This document shows, in pieces, positions 1 to 13,000 of a stretch of 64,000 nt of DNA. Origin of the DNA: Candidatus Omnitrophota bacterium (GTDB lineage: Bacteria > Omnitrophota > Gorgyraeia > Zapsychrales > JAKLDJ01). A program made the translations under genes and the position numbers. Location of the stretch: NCBI GenBank assembly GCA_022703585.1, contig JAKLDJ010000001.1, positions 310,891 to 374,890 of the forward strand, written 5' to 3'. The stretch's first letter is position 1, and the number at the start of each line of letters is the position of its first letter. Under the pieces are notes generated by a model, which saw only the letters and a list, made by a program, of their open reading frames with translations, searched no databases and was not told the DNA's origin.

Positions 1-1000
1 GGGGGCCTATTTTTTCATATTTCAGGAAAGAGCTTAAGAGGTTTCTTCCTTGGGGATTATCCGGGCTATAATCAGCCAGCATTTCTCTGGTAATCCTGAG
101 GCGGATAACACCGGGTTGATCTTCGACGGGAACAATGTGCTCCTCGCCCCAGGGGACAGGATTACGCCGCAGATCTTCCATGATGGCATCTTCCCACCAT
201 GTTGTTTCTGCGAGGCCTGTCTTGAGATCGACGATTTCTTCGGATTCCTCGCCCTGACCTTCATCGTCCATCATCCCTGTCATCCCCATCATCCCCGGCA
301 GCACCATTACCAGCAGGCCGAGGTCGAAAACAGGGATAAAGGAGAACAGATTCTTTTGGGAAAACTCCTGTACGTCCTGTTCTGGTTTCGGCAATTTCGT
401 GACACAAAGAGTAAAGAAAGCAACCGTGCCATACTTATAGGAAGCCGTTTGAAGCAGCCATTTTAATGCCTCCACACCCACAATCGCTCCTCTACCCAGA
501 GATATTTCGAAACCGCCAAAGCCAGCCTTTTTTCTCAAGCGACCTAAAAGCGTCTCGGCAAGAACTGTCTCTATGGATAATTCATCATCTTCGAGATTAC
601 CTGTTTTATTAACAATACGTCTGTTGTCGCTTTTTCTTCGAACAACATCATCGTTATCGACGTAGTATTCTTCAAATAATCGCCTCCCGCTCTCGAGATT
701 TCCAACGCGTTCCGCTTTGAGCCTGTCCCCAGCGGAAAGCATGTCGCCGATCATCTGATAGATTTGCCCTCCTAATCCCTGCAAGGCCAGATTGGTCCTG
801 ACGCGGTTAAAGTAAATTGTGTCTAATGCTATCGCAATGGAAATTGTTTCATGTTCGTCATTTTCTTCGGTAAGCCGTCTGAGGAAGAAGGCATCGGAGT
901 TGGAAACCACACCGTCGACCTCTCTTTGCAGATAAACATCAACGCGATCTCCGCTCGCATCGGAGATAACGGCCTTGAGGATGTAGCTGTCGCCGCCTCT
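1..1000 (-). other. C-terminal-most module in the window; function unknown; acidic tail
   Basis: I translated 2-1201 codon by codon: ...LALQGLGGQIYQMIGDMLSAGDRLKAERVG...MMDDEGQGEESEEIVDLKTGLAETTWWEDAIMEDLRRNPVPWGEEHIVPVEDQPGVIRLRITREMLADYSPDNPQGRNLLSSFLKYEKIGP. There is no stop before position 1. Confidence 0.5.
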
Positions 1001-4000
1001 GGTTCTGACCTTTCGACCGTCCATCGTCATTCGGATTCTTTCCATCGAAAGCGTCTGCATCGCCCCCATCGTCCCCGGCAGCGCCACAAAGAGCAAAGAC
1101 AGCGCTTGCCCGGCAGCCAAAATAAATAACGGCCCAACCGTCGGCAGCAACCCGCCCAGGGCTTCTTCCTTTTCTTCGGATAGATAGGGATAGACTTCAT
1201 TGGCAAGCCAGTCGCATCCGTTTTTCTTTGAAATGTCGTCAACCCAAGCCGCAAAGACCGTCTGGTATCGATCGTAATCGTAGAACAAAGAAAGCGATCC
1301 CGGCCCTTCATACAGGAAGACATTGGTAGCCTCAAGTGAACGAAACTCAGGGTGAGATTTTCTCCACTCCAGGAACCATTCCCGGAAATAACTTGAGAAT
1401 TGTTCTCTGACAAATTCAGCAGGCGGGAGGGTTCGCTCGTAGAAAAACGGCTTTCTGGCACTGATAGCCGTGAGGATGCTTCCGGCGCCGGTTAAGAATA
1501 ACGGCATACGGCACTCATTTAAGAATTTTCCGAATCGGCTAAAGGGAATATAGCCCGGCTGTATCAATAAAACGCTGTCGTCGTCTGTCCTAGTCACTCC
1601 TATGTCGTTGCCTTTAAAATTGAATACGGCAATCTTTTCCTCTGCAAAAGGCAAGCCTCTTTGCCTGGCAACGTTTAAAGCCGCATGGAGCCAGCCTAAG
1701 TATTCCCGGTAAGAATCAGGGCGAAGGCTGTAGGGCATCACGGCTGTCCATCGCGCTCTTTTAAGAAATTCCGCGCTCACCGACGAACCTAAACGCTCCG
1801 CAAATAACGAAACCAGTTCTTCGCGGGCGCTTTCCTTGTCCGCTATTAACTCTTCGTCATAAATTAATCCCGGGCTAAAAATAGCAACGCTGGGGTCAAG
1901 CCATGTCAATTTCCTGCCGAGTTTTTCTGCGTCGGTTGCCAAATACGAACGCAGAATCACAGTGTGTCGCTCGGGAATAAACTCAGACACAAGAATGCTT
2001 ATCGGCGGGGCACCTGACCGGAGGAAATGCCCGGCCTGGCCGCGATCCGTCCAGTAAATGGCCGGGGATTGCCCGACAATTTCATCAAGATCGCTTAATC
2101 GTTCATGGGAGATATAGTGAATGCCGTTTATCACATTGCTATTTTCGGCTGTAACGAATTCGGGGAAAAGCCCTGCCATCAGTTCATAGTAATTTCTTTC
2201 CAGAAATACCTGAATTTTTACGTTCGGAAAACGTAATTTTAGATTGCGTGCCATTAACACCGCCATTCCTAAATCCCCGACGCCGTCGGTAAAACAGGTC
2301 GGCACAAAGTTAATGACCCCGCGGGCGGTATGCCACTGCGCGGAATAATCTTCGACTTCTCCCAGCGCAATCACCGGCAACGCCATAACGAACAAGGATA
2401 ACGCTTCCCCGGCAGCCAAAATAAATAATGCCCCGCTAAGCGGCACAAGGCCGTAATAAATTTCCCCCATCGGGTCTTGCGATGCGCGAATATTAATTTC
2501 AGGAATCACGCGGCCGCCTTCGAGGTCAAAGGCCATATCCAGCCAGCGGCGCTTATATTGGAAGATAAAGGCGCCCTCAGCAGACGTATCAATCATTTCG
2601 TCTCTAACGGCCTCAAATCCAATCTGCAAAAAGAGTTGTTCTGCCCCCTTGTCGGAAGGTTTGCTTTCTGCCAACAAGGCGTAATAGTCATGATGAGCAG
2701 CATCGATATCGATCGCCCGGAAGCTGTTGGCACCTTTTATCCTAGCGATCGCCAGTGTCAGGCTAATAAGCGCCGCGCCCAATCCCTGCTTGCGGTAACT
2801 AAGATCGACCCGAATAGCCGGGCCCATATATTCCTTAAATGTCTCCCTCAAGAAACCTGTGTGGGAAAATGCCTCGCCGTCTTGTTTGACATAAAAGTAG
2901 CGAGACCCAATTCTATTGGAAGAAGTTTTTTGGTAGACATCGATGACGTACGGCACGGCCAACCCCCTGGAGGTCTCGACCGCAGGGCCAGTCGTTAGCG
3001 TAAACTCAAATTCCCGTCCGTCTTGGGCGCGAACGGAAAGCGTAAGATTCCTTAATAGCGCCGCGGCCTGTTCAAAAATCACGCCAACCGGCACTGCGGC
3101 ATGGAGCCCCACGGGCAAGCCCGTGGTGCCTTTCTGTATTACCCTACTTCGCTCAAATACTTTCGTGTTTGAGCTTCGTAGGGTTATCCGCCCGAAAATG
3201 ACGGGCTTGGCCGTGCGGGCGGAATCTCGCCGAAGCATATTCTCGCATTCATCCACGGGCAAGCCCGTAATTTTCTGCGAAGGCGGATAAAGAACCGCTG
3301 TTTCGCCCGAAGAAGAAAGGCCGCTGCGGCTATCGTCCCCACCAATCTTCCAGCAAGAAGAATTAAGAGCCCGCTGGAAAGCAGCAATTGTCTTCCCACC
3401 AGCCACGGAGAGGTTAAGACAATGCTTTTTGAAGATTGCTTTCCAGCGGGACTTGTCTGCAGAATAAGTTCTTATCATCAGCGGCCTTATTGCCATCAAA
3501 AGAACTACCAGGATACCCAAAGCGCTCAGAACCGGCACATCAGCCCGGTATTGGCCGGGGGTTTGCGAGAAAGGATTGTTCCCATTATTTCCATTGTATC
3601 CGTTGTCGGTGCGCTTCGGCTCAATCGCCGCCTGCCGACGCATCTCGCCGATACACTCCCTTATCTCTCCAGCAAGCTGTTCATCAATGGTAATTCTCTT
3701 CCCTTCTTTCGTCTTCATTTTTCCGCTGAGCGCGAGATCCAAATCCGCTTCGGCCCGGTCGAGAAGTGTCAACAACAGCGACCCGCCAGTAGGGTTATTT
3801 TCTTGGGCCAAATGGTACAATTCGAACGGAACTTCAGTAAGATTGACATTATCGCTATCTAGGCGCAGATTCCTTCGGGTCCGATAAACATACTGTTCTT
3901 CCATCGCTTTAATACCCGACGGCTTGATCAAAAACCGGATAAAAGTGACCAGTGGCGAATCCCCGCGCTCTTCTTCTTTAAACCGGGCTCCGGTGTCACG

Positions 4001-7000
4001 GATAAGCCTGCGTGCGATACGGATCAAAAGGCCTGTCTCGTTATACGCCGCATAATAATTCTTATCCTTAACCAGATCGACCATCCTGCGGTCGGCGGCA
4101 TAAATCCCGTCCACGATTAAAATCTGCCCGTTCTTAAGATGCAGTATTTCTTTCTTCTTGTCATTACGCTTTCCATCTTTAAAATCATACGGCCCCGGAA
4201 TCCAAGCCGGCCTTCCTTCAATAATTTTTGCGAGCGCATCAAGGATAAGAGGCCAGGCATAAGCATCCGGGGAATCAAAGTCGTATAAATAATCACCGGC
4301 AAAATCGTGGATATACTCTCCGGATGCGTCCTGAATCGGAAGTACGTCGGTATCGGGGTTAAACTTCTTAGGGTCGTAATGCTTAGGATGAATCTTGTTC
4401 TTAAAGAACCTGTCCATGGGGAAGATGGCAAATATCGCCGGTGCCATGTCGCAGAAAGAGTCGGCGGCGATTGATTTTCCGCTCGCCGTCGGCCCTGCGT
4501 CTAAGAATATATTAATCTCGTCATCCTCGGCAAATTTAAGAAGCCTGACGAGCATTTGATCGCGGCGCTTCATAAAGTTTCGCTCATAAACATTTCTTTC
4601 CTTCTTGGAAGGCTTGAAATAATTCGGGTATTTAAGAATAATCGTTTTCATCTTCTCTGGAGATTCGCGCCCTAAGAGACCGACATAATCATACAGGTCC
4701 GAATAAAATTCTCTGGCCTCGCTGGGCGCCCTTAAGTCATAGAGCTCGAGCATATCGATAGAATTCTCTGTCTCGCTGATAATCGCGAAGGACCGGCCAT
4801 TGTGTTTGAGGATATAATACCGCTCTTCATCAAGCTCCCCGTGGATAATAGGCAAGTGCGCCCGCCGGACATCATGGATGCTGATCCGGGTCTTAGTATA
4901 ACCCGAAGGGCTCCCCTTGTAATCAGGGATTGACAAAGGCAACGGATAACGGCCGTCCGTCGGGGTCTTGCGATGATATCCGGCCCCCGGATAGGGCATG
5001 CTGGGTATAAAGGAAGGCCTGGTCTCGGGGTTGATAGCCACAACCGCATTGTGCAGCCGTATGTAGGGCTCTGTTTGCCGGGTGATTTTCGCCAACTCGC
5101 CCCTGCGGGTAAGCTCGATAACCGCATCATAGAGTTCACGTTTGATCTGGCGAGTAACCATCAGCCTCCTAAGCCTAATGGTGACAAAATCTTCAAAAGA
5201 TAAATAATAACCGTTACGGTAATACGGCCGGGAGAAATCAAGGTCAAGGGAATCGGCTATGTAAAGAATTTGTAATAACGGCCTCAAACGGCTGCCTAGA
5301 TGCAGATTTTTACTGTTGAGTTTGTGGTGCACGGAGGCCAAAGTAATGGCGGCTTCAATCGTATCATCGACACGCGCAAATACTTTACGAGATTTGACGA
5401 CATCGATAACGAGTTTTTGATGTTTCTGCCTTAAGGAGTCGACTTCCTGCCGTCGCATCAAATGCGCCGAGCGCAAATCTTTTTGCAAAGATTTATGAGC
5501 CTTGCCAAGTTCGTGAATAAGGGCGGCCAAGACCAGAATCCTCTTATCCTCTGTCCCCAGGTTAAGCTCCCGGGCTAACAGGAATGCTATTTTTGCGGTC
5601 CGGAAACATTGCTGCTTAACGCCGTCGATAGCGCCGGAATAGGCGTCTATAATTTTTATCAGAAGGCCTTCGAAAATACCCAACGGTCTCCTGCCGACCC
5701 CCTTGTAAGGGACATATCTTCTTAAGAATTCTAGGAATTCCGTTGCCTCCGCGCGCGCTGCCTCCTCTTTTGTCCCGCCAAAATGAATAAACTTGTGCTC
5801 TGCGGCTAAATCCTGGACCAGATACGACGTAGCCATCTTCAGGGCATCGGCCCTGGAGATTTCTCTGCCTTCCTCTCTCGCTTTCTGTATTTGCACCGCC
5901 ACTTCGGTTTCAATAGGGGAAGGATTTTCTTCAAGCATTTGTTTTAAAGTCGAGAGGGCGGCGTAAAGATGCGCATCCTCCGTTGCCGAGGCGAGATACA
6001 GGTTGATAATCTGCGCGGGGGTTAAATTAAGCCGGTCAACCAAAGAGTAAATAGCCTGTTCTGTTCTAAGCAAATCGGCTTCGGGGTGCTTGCGTTGCCA
6101 GTGTTTAAAATTATTTTGGGCGATAAAATCGCCAAACGTTTCTGTAAATAAGCTTGAAAGCCGATTACCGCGCGGCAGGAAAAACGGGAACAGACACATC
6201 AGGGACCCGTCTTCGCCCTGGCCCGGCTTATGATAATAGTCAACAAAGGAAATCTGGTCTTCAATGACCCCCACAACAGCTACAACCACTTCCCGGGCGT
6301 GAGGGCCATTGGCGCCAATGCGAATGATATCCCCGGGCATAAGGGATATAGACCCGTGTAAAGCGGCTATATTTTTCGCATCCGCTTCTCTGAGACCATG
6401 GAGCATGTAGACTGAGGTATCTATGAATCTTTCTGCGGCGACAGTAATATGGCTAAAGACCTTCGCATGAAACCCATGTTCGGTATAAATTTTTAACTCG
6501 GCAACCGCGTCAAATCTCCTTTTGTCACTTTCGCTGATTGTTCCAAGAAGCAAAATACCCAAAGCCATAACCTTCCAAGGCAATAATAGATCAAGCGGCA
6601 AGAGGAGTGCCCGAACCGAACCATCTCTATCCGATTCTGCCTTAGGCGAACGGGAAGCGGCCATTAAGTCCCTAATCAACCTGGGGATCCAGCCCCAATC
6701 AACACCAACAAAAGCACCGAGCTGCTGGCTGTCGTCTCCATCTTGGCTCTTGAGTTCTGCTAATTCCTGTTGCAAGTGCTTCCTGATCTTCTTTAAGAAT
6801 TCTTCAGCTGGCATGCCCGGATTCTCTATGGTGCCAATCACTTTCTTTTCCTTCTTTCCGGTCTGCGGATTAACTTCTTCTTTGGTCAAATAAGTCACCG
6901 GGGCTTCAGAAATTTCGCCTGAGGTCTCTGAATCAAATCCGCGCATATGAATGCCGTTGGGCCCGATCAAGACATAGGCGCCTTCACCGCCGAACTTTTT

Positions 7001-10000
7001 CGCCATACCCTTGTCGCATTCGAAATTGGCGTAATCACCGTCTTGCGTCATAAAGGCGGCCTTTAATTTGCTTAAGACATTGTGCCCTGTCAACCAATTC
7101 GGGACTTTAATCAACGACTGGATCCTGGCAATACCGATTCTTTCGCGATAGTATTTACAATGGTTCGGTTTGATGCGGGTTGTCGCGTCCGAATACCAGG
7201 AATTGACAAGATGAAGCGCCTCCCAGAGTGTGCGGAGCGGATAGCGCGGGTCTTTGATAACTCGCGAGATCGCCTCCAAGGCTGCAAAGATGTCCGTGCC
7301 TGTATACGCCTTCCCTCGATAAGTGATGATGATAGAGCCATCGTCTTCCACAGGGAACCAGCCGTGAGATAGCAGATTGTTGTAGGGGTCTTTTAAGAAG
7401 AGGTTGAAGTTTTCTCGATAGAAACGAGCCAAGGACTGCAGGGCAGGATTAGTCGGATAATTGGCCTGGGTGAGCTTGTTGTCGCCTAAAAGCATTGCGT
7501 TAATCTCGTCGATAACGGCAGTACCCCAGTCTTTATGGCTGGACCAATCTTTGCACCACCATTCAACCGAAGCATAGGCCTGGGTGTTAATGGATTCAAA
7601 GACCAGATACCACCACTTTCCTTCGGCAAGAGATTTTGATAATCGATCCTTAACTGCAGAGGTAATCGTCTTTGATAAGCCGATGGCCTCCTGCCAAAGA
7701 GCCAATTCGGCAGCATCAGCCCCGGCCTCTGCCCTGGCCCGGTGGACCTGAATCAGTTCCCGGACAAGCTCATTCCACCAGACGCCAGAAGTCTTGCCCA
7801 TACCGTTTAACCCTACAAAAGGATCGGGGACTTCAATGCGTTTGAAATGGCCGGCAAACTTCTCCCAGCTATCGAGTTGTTGACTATTCCACTGGCCGCT
7901 ATATTGTTTATACCCGTCGACAAACTTCTGGCGAAGAGTTGATACCTGGCCGCCTAAGAATTCCTTCTGGAATCTGTCCTGGTCTTCAATGTATTCGGCA
8001 AGGCGGGCAGTCCACCAGAGAAAATCATTCACGTTCTTAGGATCCGTGGCCCTCTTCGCTTTTACCCAAGCTTGCGCCCTGCGGTTAAAGGCGGAGAAGG
8101 CAGGAACAGGGCTATCGGTATAGAAGTTAAAGTTTTCATACCAGGGCAGATGAATACCAAGCAAGTTGCCAAAGGCCCAGAAATCATGGTTGCCGCTCAC
8201 ATAGAAGACTCTGTCGGGAGCGGTCTCAACAAGTTCCTTGGCCAGGTTAAAACATTTCATACCGTATTTACCCCTGTCCAAAAGGTCGCCATTTAAGTAG
8301 ATGGCCCCATTCATGGTCTTAAGAGACAGCCCCTGGATATTGAGTTGCTCTTCAACCGACATGTTGGGATCGATCTGGCCTTTGAAACCACAAAGTTGAT
8401 TTAAGGCATCGCTCAGGATAGCGGCAAATCTGGCGATATCGCCATGATAATCCGAAATGACAGCGATTCGCGGCAGGCAACCGCTGCCGGGTTTCTTTAA
8501 TTCCTTACGGATCTCCCTGAGAAGTAATTTAATTTGCTTAATGCGTTCTTTTGAATCAGCCTTGTAGATAAAGCCGATTTGTTCATAGGTGTCTTCCTTG
8601 CCGGAGAGCGTCCCCAGTGACATAAGCGGCAACCCGGCCAAGAGCAATAGTTCAAAGGCCCCGAATAGGGTCATCGCCCACAGCTCATCACCGCTTCGAA
8701 TGCCGGTATCGCCTTTTTGCGAAAGCGACGATTGTGCCGTCATCATAAGGGGGCTGGAAGGCTCGCCTGTCTCTTCGAGGGCGATGGTCATCAGGCCGCG
8801 GGAGTTCAATCGCGCTTTATAGCCTAAGCGAAGAAGGACTCTAAGAATTCCTTTTAATAACAGGTCACTGTCGGCATAACGGCCATTCTGTTCCTCTTCA
8901 ATCTTTTTCAAGTCCTCAAAGAAACGTTCAAGATACAAATTCCGTAATCCCTGAACATAGAGATCCCTGGCTGCTGCATCTACGTCCGGGATGACATACC
9001 GGATACTATCTTTAGACACACCGGGCCGATAGTTAAACTCACGAGGAATCAAGCGCCCGTTTTTCTTTTCATATTGAGCGAAAGACGATTCCGAACCCAG
9101 AAGCAGCCGTCCGCCTTCTCTTAAAGCACGGGTGAGCGAGAGCCAGAGGCGATCCCGCTCCCAATAATTCTTATAATGAACCACAAGATTCATGACGCGT
9201 ATAAGGTCGACACCCTGGGGATATAACCGAGCCAAAGTATCAAAACTGCCAAGATGAATCTTGGTATTCGGGATTAAATTCAAATGCCCGTCCAGATATT
9301 CCTGCGCAGCCCCGACAATCCACGGGTTATTGTCAATGCCTATAAGCTCTATATCTCTATTGCCGAGTCTATTACGTAATTCAAAGAAGGTCGGCGAAGA
9401 AGCCTCACCCGGCGCGCCCGGCACAGAACCAAGCCCGACATCGGCCATGCGCCTGACTGTTCCCGTTGATTCCATCTGAGGAATAAGATGACCAATCATA
9501 TATTGATCAACTGAAATCAGCCGCATGGGTTCTGTATAGGCGAGAGTCACGCGTCCCCGGCCTTGCACTAAGCCGGCCTGATCATTCAGGGCGCCTCTTA
9601 CCGTTCCCAGCAGGAATATGAGGCCAAGGCCGCTGATGTCAACCATAGCGCGCAGGTCACCTTCAGGCTCATTGGGTTGACCGGCTGAATCGGGGACAGT
9701 CCCCGCTTCGGCGGGCCCGGCCTCGGTGAGGCCCAGCAGGGCCGAGGCGGGGACTGTCCCTTCTTTCAAGGATTTCAGCGCCAGAATAATCGCGTACGGC
9801 CAACCGTTACTGGAATCCCAAAACATTGCTCGGCAACGGTTCCTGATTTCTTCCCGGCTAACCGTTTGCGGATCAAGCCCGGACAGTTTAATACCGGCAA
9901 TCGTCACGCTGGATCTTCTGGAGTTAAACACAAAATTCCGAGGCGTGAGGCCGTGCACATCGACTCTATTTTCTATTAATCGTTCGATAAGCGTATTCAT

Positions 10001-13000
10001 CAGGGTGATTTCAACGGCATTGAGCGAACGCCGGTTAAGGACATCGATAATAGATTCCTCCCGGCCGGGGATTTCCGGTTTTGGATTTATGTTGCGCGAC
10101 CTACCGGAATTTAATATTGATGTTCGCGGCCTGTCGCCGGGTCTGGGTGCAGATTTTCCTGCGATGAGTTCTTCCCGGCCTATATGCCACTGACGCTGCC
10201 TGTCGGGATTTAATACGCGCGGCTTGTCGCTTGTAAACACAGATTCTTTTCCGTCTACATCAATGACGACTTGCGCGGCATTCGCAAGGACAACCGAATT
10301 AGCATCGCCGACAGAAGTGCCGGTAGATTCGCTCCCGGCAGCCTCCCGGTCAGAATCATCCTCTTTTTCTTGAGCTTCTTCTTGCGCATCTCTTACGGAA
10401 ACAACAGGAGAACCGTAGCTTCCCATTTGGAAGAATAAGTGGTTTTCAGGGAAGCCGGGTTTATTAGCGGCGGCTTTTAATTTTTCAACTAGGTTTTCCC
10501 AACGTTCTGCGGAGGCGATAGTTTCAAGAACGATGCCAATATGGATAACCTCTACCTCTTTTTCGCTGAGAATCTGAGCAAGAGAGTCAAGAGCAACAGC
10601 CCGTTCTCTCGCATCCTTAAAAGGAGCAATAACCTCAAGGATGTCGTGAATAGAGACGCTGTTCATCCCTATACGGGTGAGGGTGTTTTTAAGAGATCGG
10701 CGGCTGGCGGCATCTTTTACAATGATAACAGCCAAATGCATCAAGAGCGCCAGCGCTATTCCACCCAACAATAAAGCGGAGAGAACAACAACCAGCGGGG
10801 TAAACACGTGGAGGTCATCAGTAATATCGATTCCATACTTGGCAGCACGGCTGACGGCGCGCAGGATTTCTTTTTGGGCGCGCTCGATTTCCTCAGGCGG
10901 GCACGGACGCTCGAGTAACTCAAAATAATAGCCAAGCTTCATCCGCGTATTTTGCTCCAACCGCCTTGCCCATTCAATTTTGGCCTCCTGGCGTATCGCG
11001 TTTTCGATAGCCCTTCTTTCAAATTCAACCTCGGGAGAATACCGTTTAAACTCGGTTGCCGTCAGGGAATCAATCGTGGATGTGCCGTAGTACTCTGAAC
11101 GCATCGTATATCGAAGAATACGGAATATTTCCCGGGCGCGGTCTTTCTCGCCGGGCAAATCACCTATCAATAAAGCGGCAGCCTGGAAGTTCAACTGAAC
11201 GTTAAAGATATTTCCTATTGTTTGACGGGTATTATGAATAACTTCAATAAGATTTTCGTAGATAGCTTCGGGGGCGTAACTTGTTAATCCGATCAGGATA
11301 CCGTCCGGCGGCGAACGGGCCAGGTAAATACGGGAAAAATCGCGGCCAAAAACCTTGTTGAATTCTTTGGTGAAAGTAAGCAGCATGGCCTTAAATAAAT
11401 CATCGGCACTGTTATAGCCAACGGCATAATTCATGCCGTGGCCGCCGACGGAATTCTCTGGTCCCAACGCCTTAAGCGGGCTCTCCAGCGCAGGGTTTTC
11501 CCTCACTAATTCCTGGATAGGCCCGTAGATATAGCGGGGATTGAGCAATAAAACGACGGCGTCGTTCGGCAATTTATCCTGGGCAACCCAGCTAAACCAT
11601 TCGCGGCTCCCCAGGCGCCTAACCAGGCCGTCTCTATCCTCGTCTCTTCTGCGGGGAACAGGATAAGTGCCTTTGCCTCTTTTGCTTTCTTTCCCTGCCA
11701 TTTTGACCAGCCGAGACAATTTTAGCCTGCTCCTGGCGCTGAGCACAAACTGTATCAAAGACTCTGGCTGCAATTCCTCGGGAGTACCCATCCCGTAATC
11801 GTCTTTGCCAAGTTTCTTGGAAATAGTTTTAATACCGGCCTCAGCTACGGTGATGGCGGCGTTTAATAACTGAACAGCCCGCCATCCCGAAATCTTCATG
11901 CCCGCCGGCAGGAGAACATCATCGGAGAGATTCACCGCCCAGAGAGAATGAGATATCTCTATGCCGCCCTCATTGCCTGCACTGCGAATCTCCTCTAACA
12001 TCTCTTTTAAAATCTCTTCTACTGCGCGGGCATTCTCGGCTTTTAGGACCACAAACTTTTCATCGCCCCGGTCATTCTTCCAGATCACCCAGCTTTGCTT
12101 AAACTCTTCACTCTTTCCTATTAAAATTTTCCCGACACGGTTGAGAAACCTGGTTGTCGCTTCGTCCCCGTAAAGGTCGTTGGCCACGCTTACATCATTA
12201 CCGTCCAGGACAATAAGGTAGAGCCGGTTAATTTCTTTTCGGTTTCGGTTGATGAACTGTATCGCGTTATTGCGGCCGTTATGCTGATTTTCCAAGTTCT
12301 CAACCTGGGCCAAGGCGACAAAGGCAAAAGCCATGTTTGCCGCAGCCATGAGTGCCTCAAGGCCGGCAAAAATACCCCCGGCCGGCAGCAGGGCAGCAAC
12401 TTCACCGTCCTCTGCCCCATTGTCCGCAACGCCTTGCGAAATCGTTACGTTAAGCGGTATTTGTTCTTCTTCACCTTGCGCCGCTAACAGCCTTTCCCGA
12501 AGAATATCCACAATAGCCATAAAATCAAACGAGGGATAATAAGAATATTCGGTATAGTATTTCAACGCCGCATCAATAATTTCTTTTGACAAAAGAATAT
12601 TCATGAGAGAACGCGGAACGCTTTCAACGAAAATAAATTTATACATGGGGCCAACTCTATGCGAAGAGACCGTATTAAACACATCCCAGAATAAAAAGAG
12701 CAATTCTATCTTCGTCATTAAGTCTTCCCTTGAGAAAATAACCTCTTCCGCTGCTTCGTAAGTGGCGACTTGTATCTCCTTTAGTGAAGGATCGAGGCTG
12801 AAGGCAAAAGCGAATTGATCTTCTTTAGCCACCTTTCTAAACAATGACTTTCCCTTGAATAAATGCCTCGCCCTCGGGCTCCCCAGTAGAGCGAATACGG
12901 TTTCCTGGAAATTCTCCGGAGTGACCGTCCGACGAGGATACTCGGAGCGGACATCGCAAGTCGCAAATTCACCGGTGGCAAAGTCCAGAAATGGGCTAAA

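Noticed and set aside
459-473. An apparent gene start: ATG (complement of 459-461) with a GGAGG-like Shine-Dalgarno (complement of 469-473) 7 nt upstream
   Set aside because: That ATG is out of frame with the coding frame and hits a stop after 8 codons (MAASNGFL*). The real frame reads straight through this spot (...GVEALKWLLQTASY...).
600-800. Polyprenyl-synthase-like appearance (GLGGQIYQMIGDMLSAGD..., NDDVV, EDDEL)
   Set aside because: The Asp-rich DDxxD motifs are not in the positions or spacing of trans-prenyltransferases. The resemblance is superficial, so this module is left as unknown.
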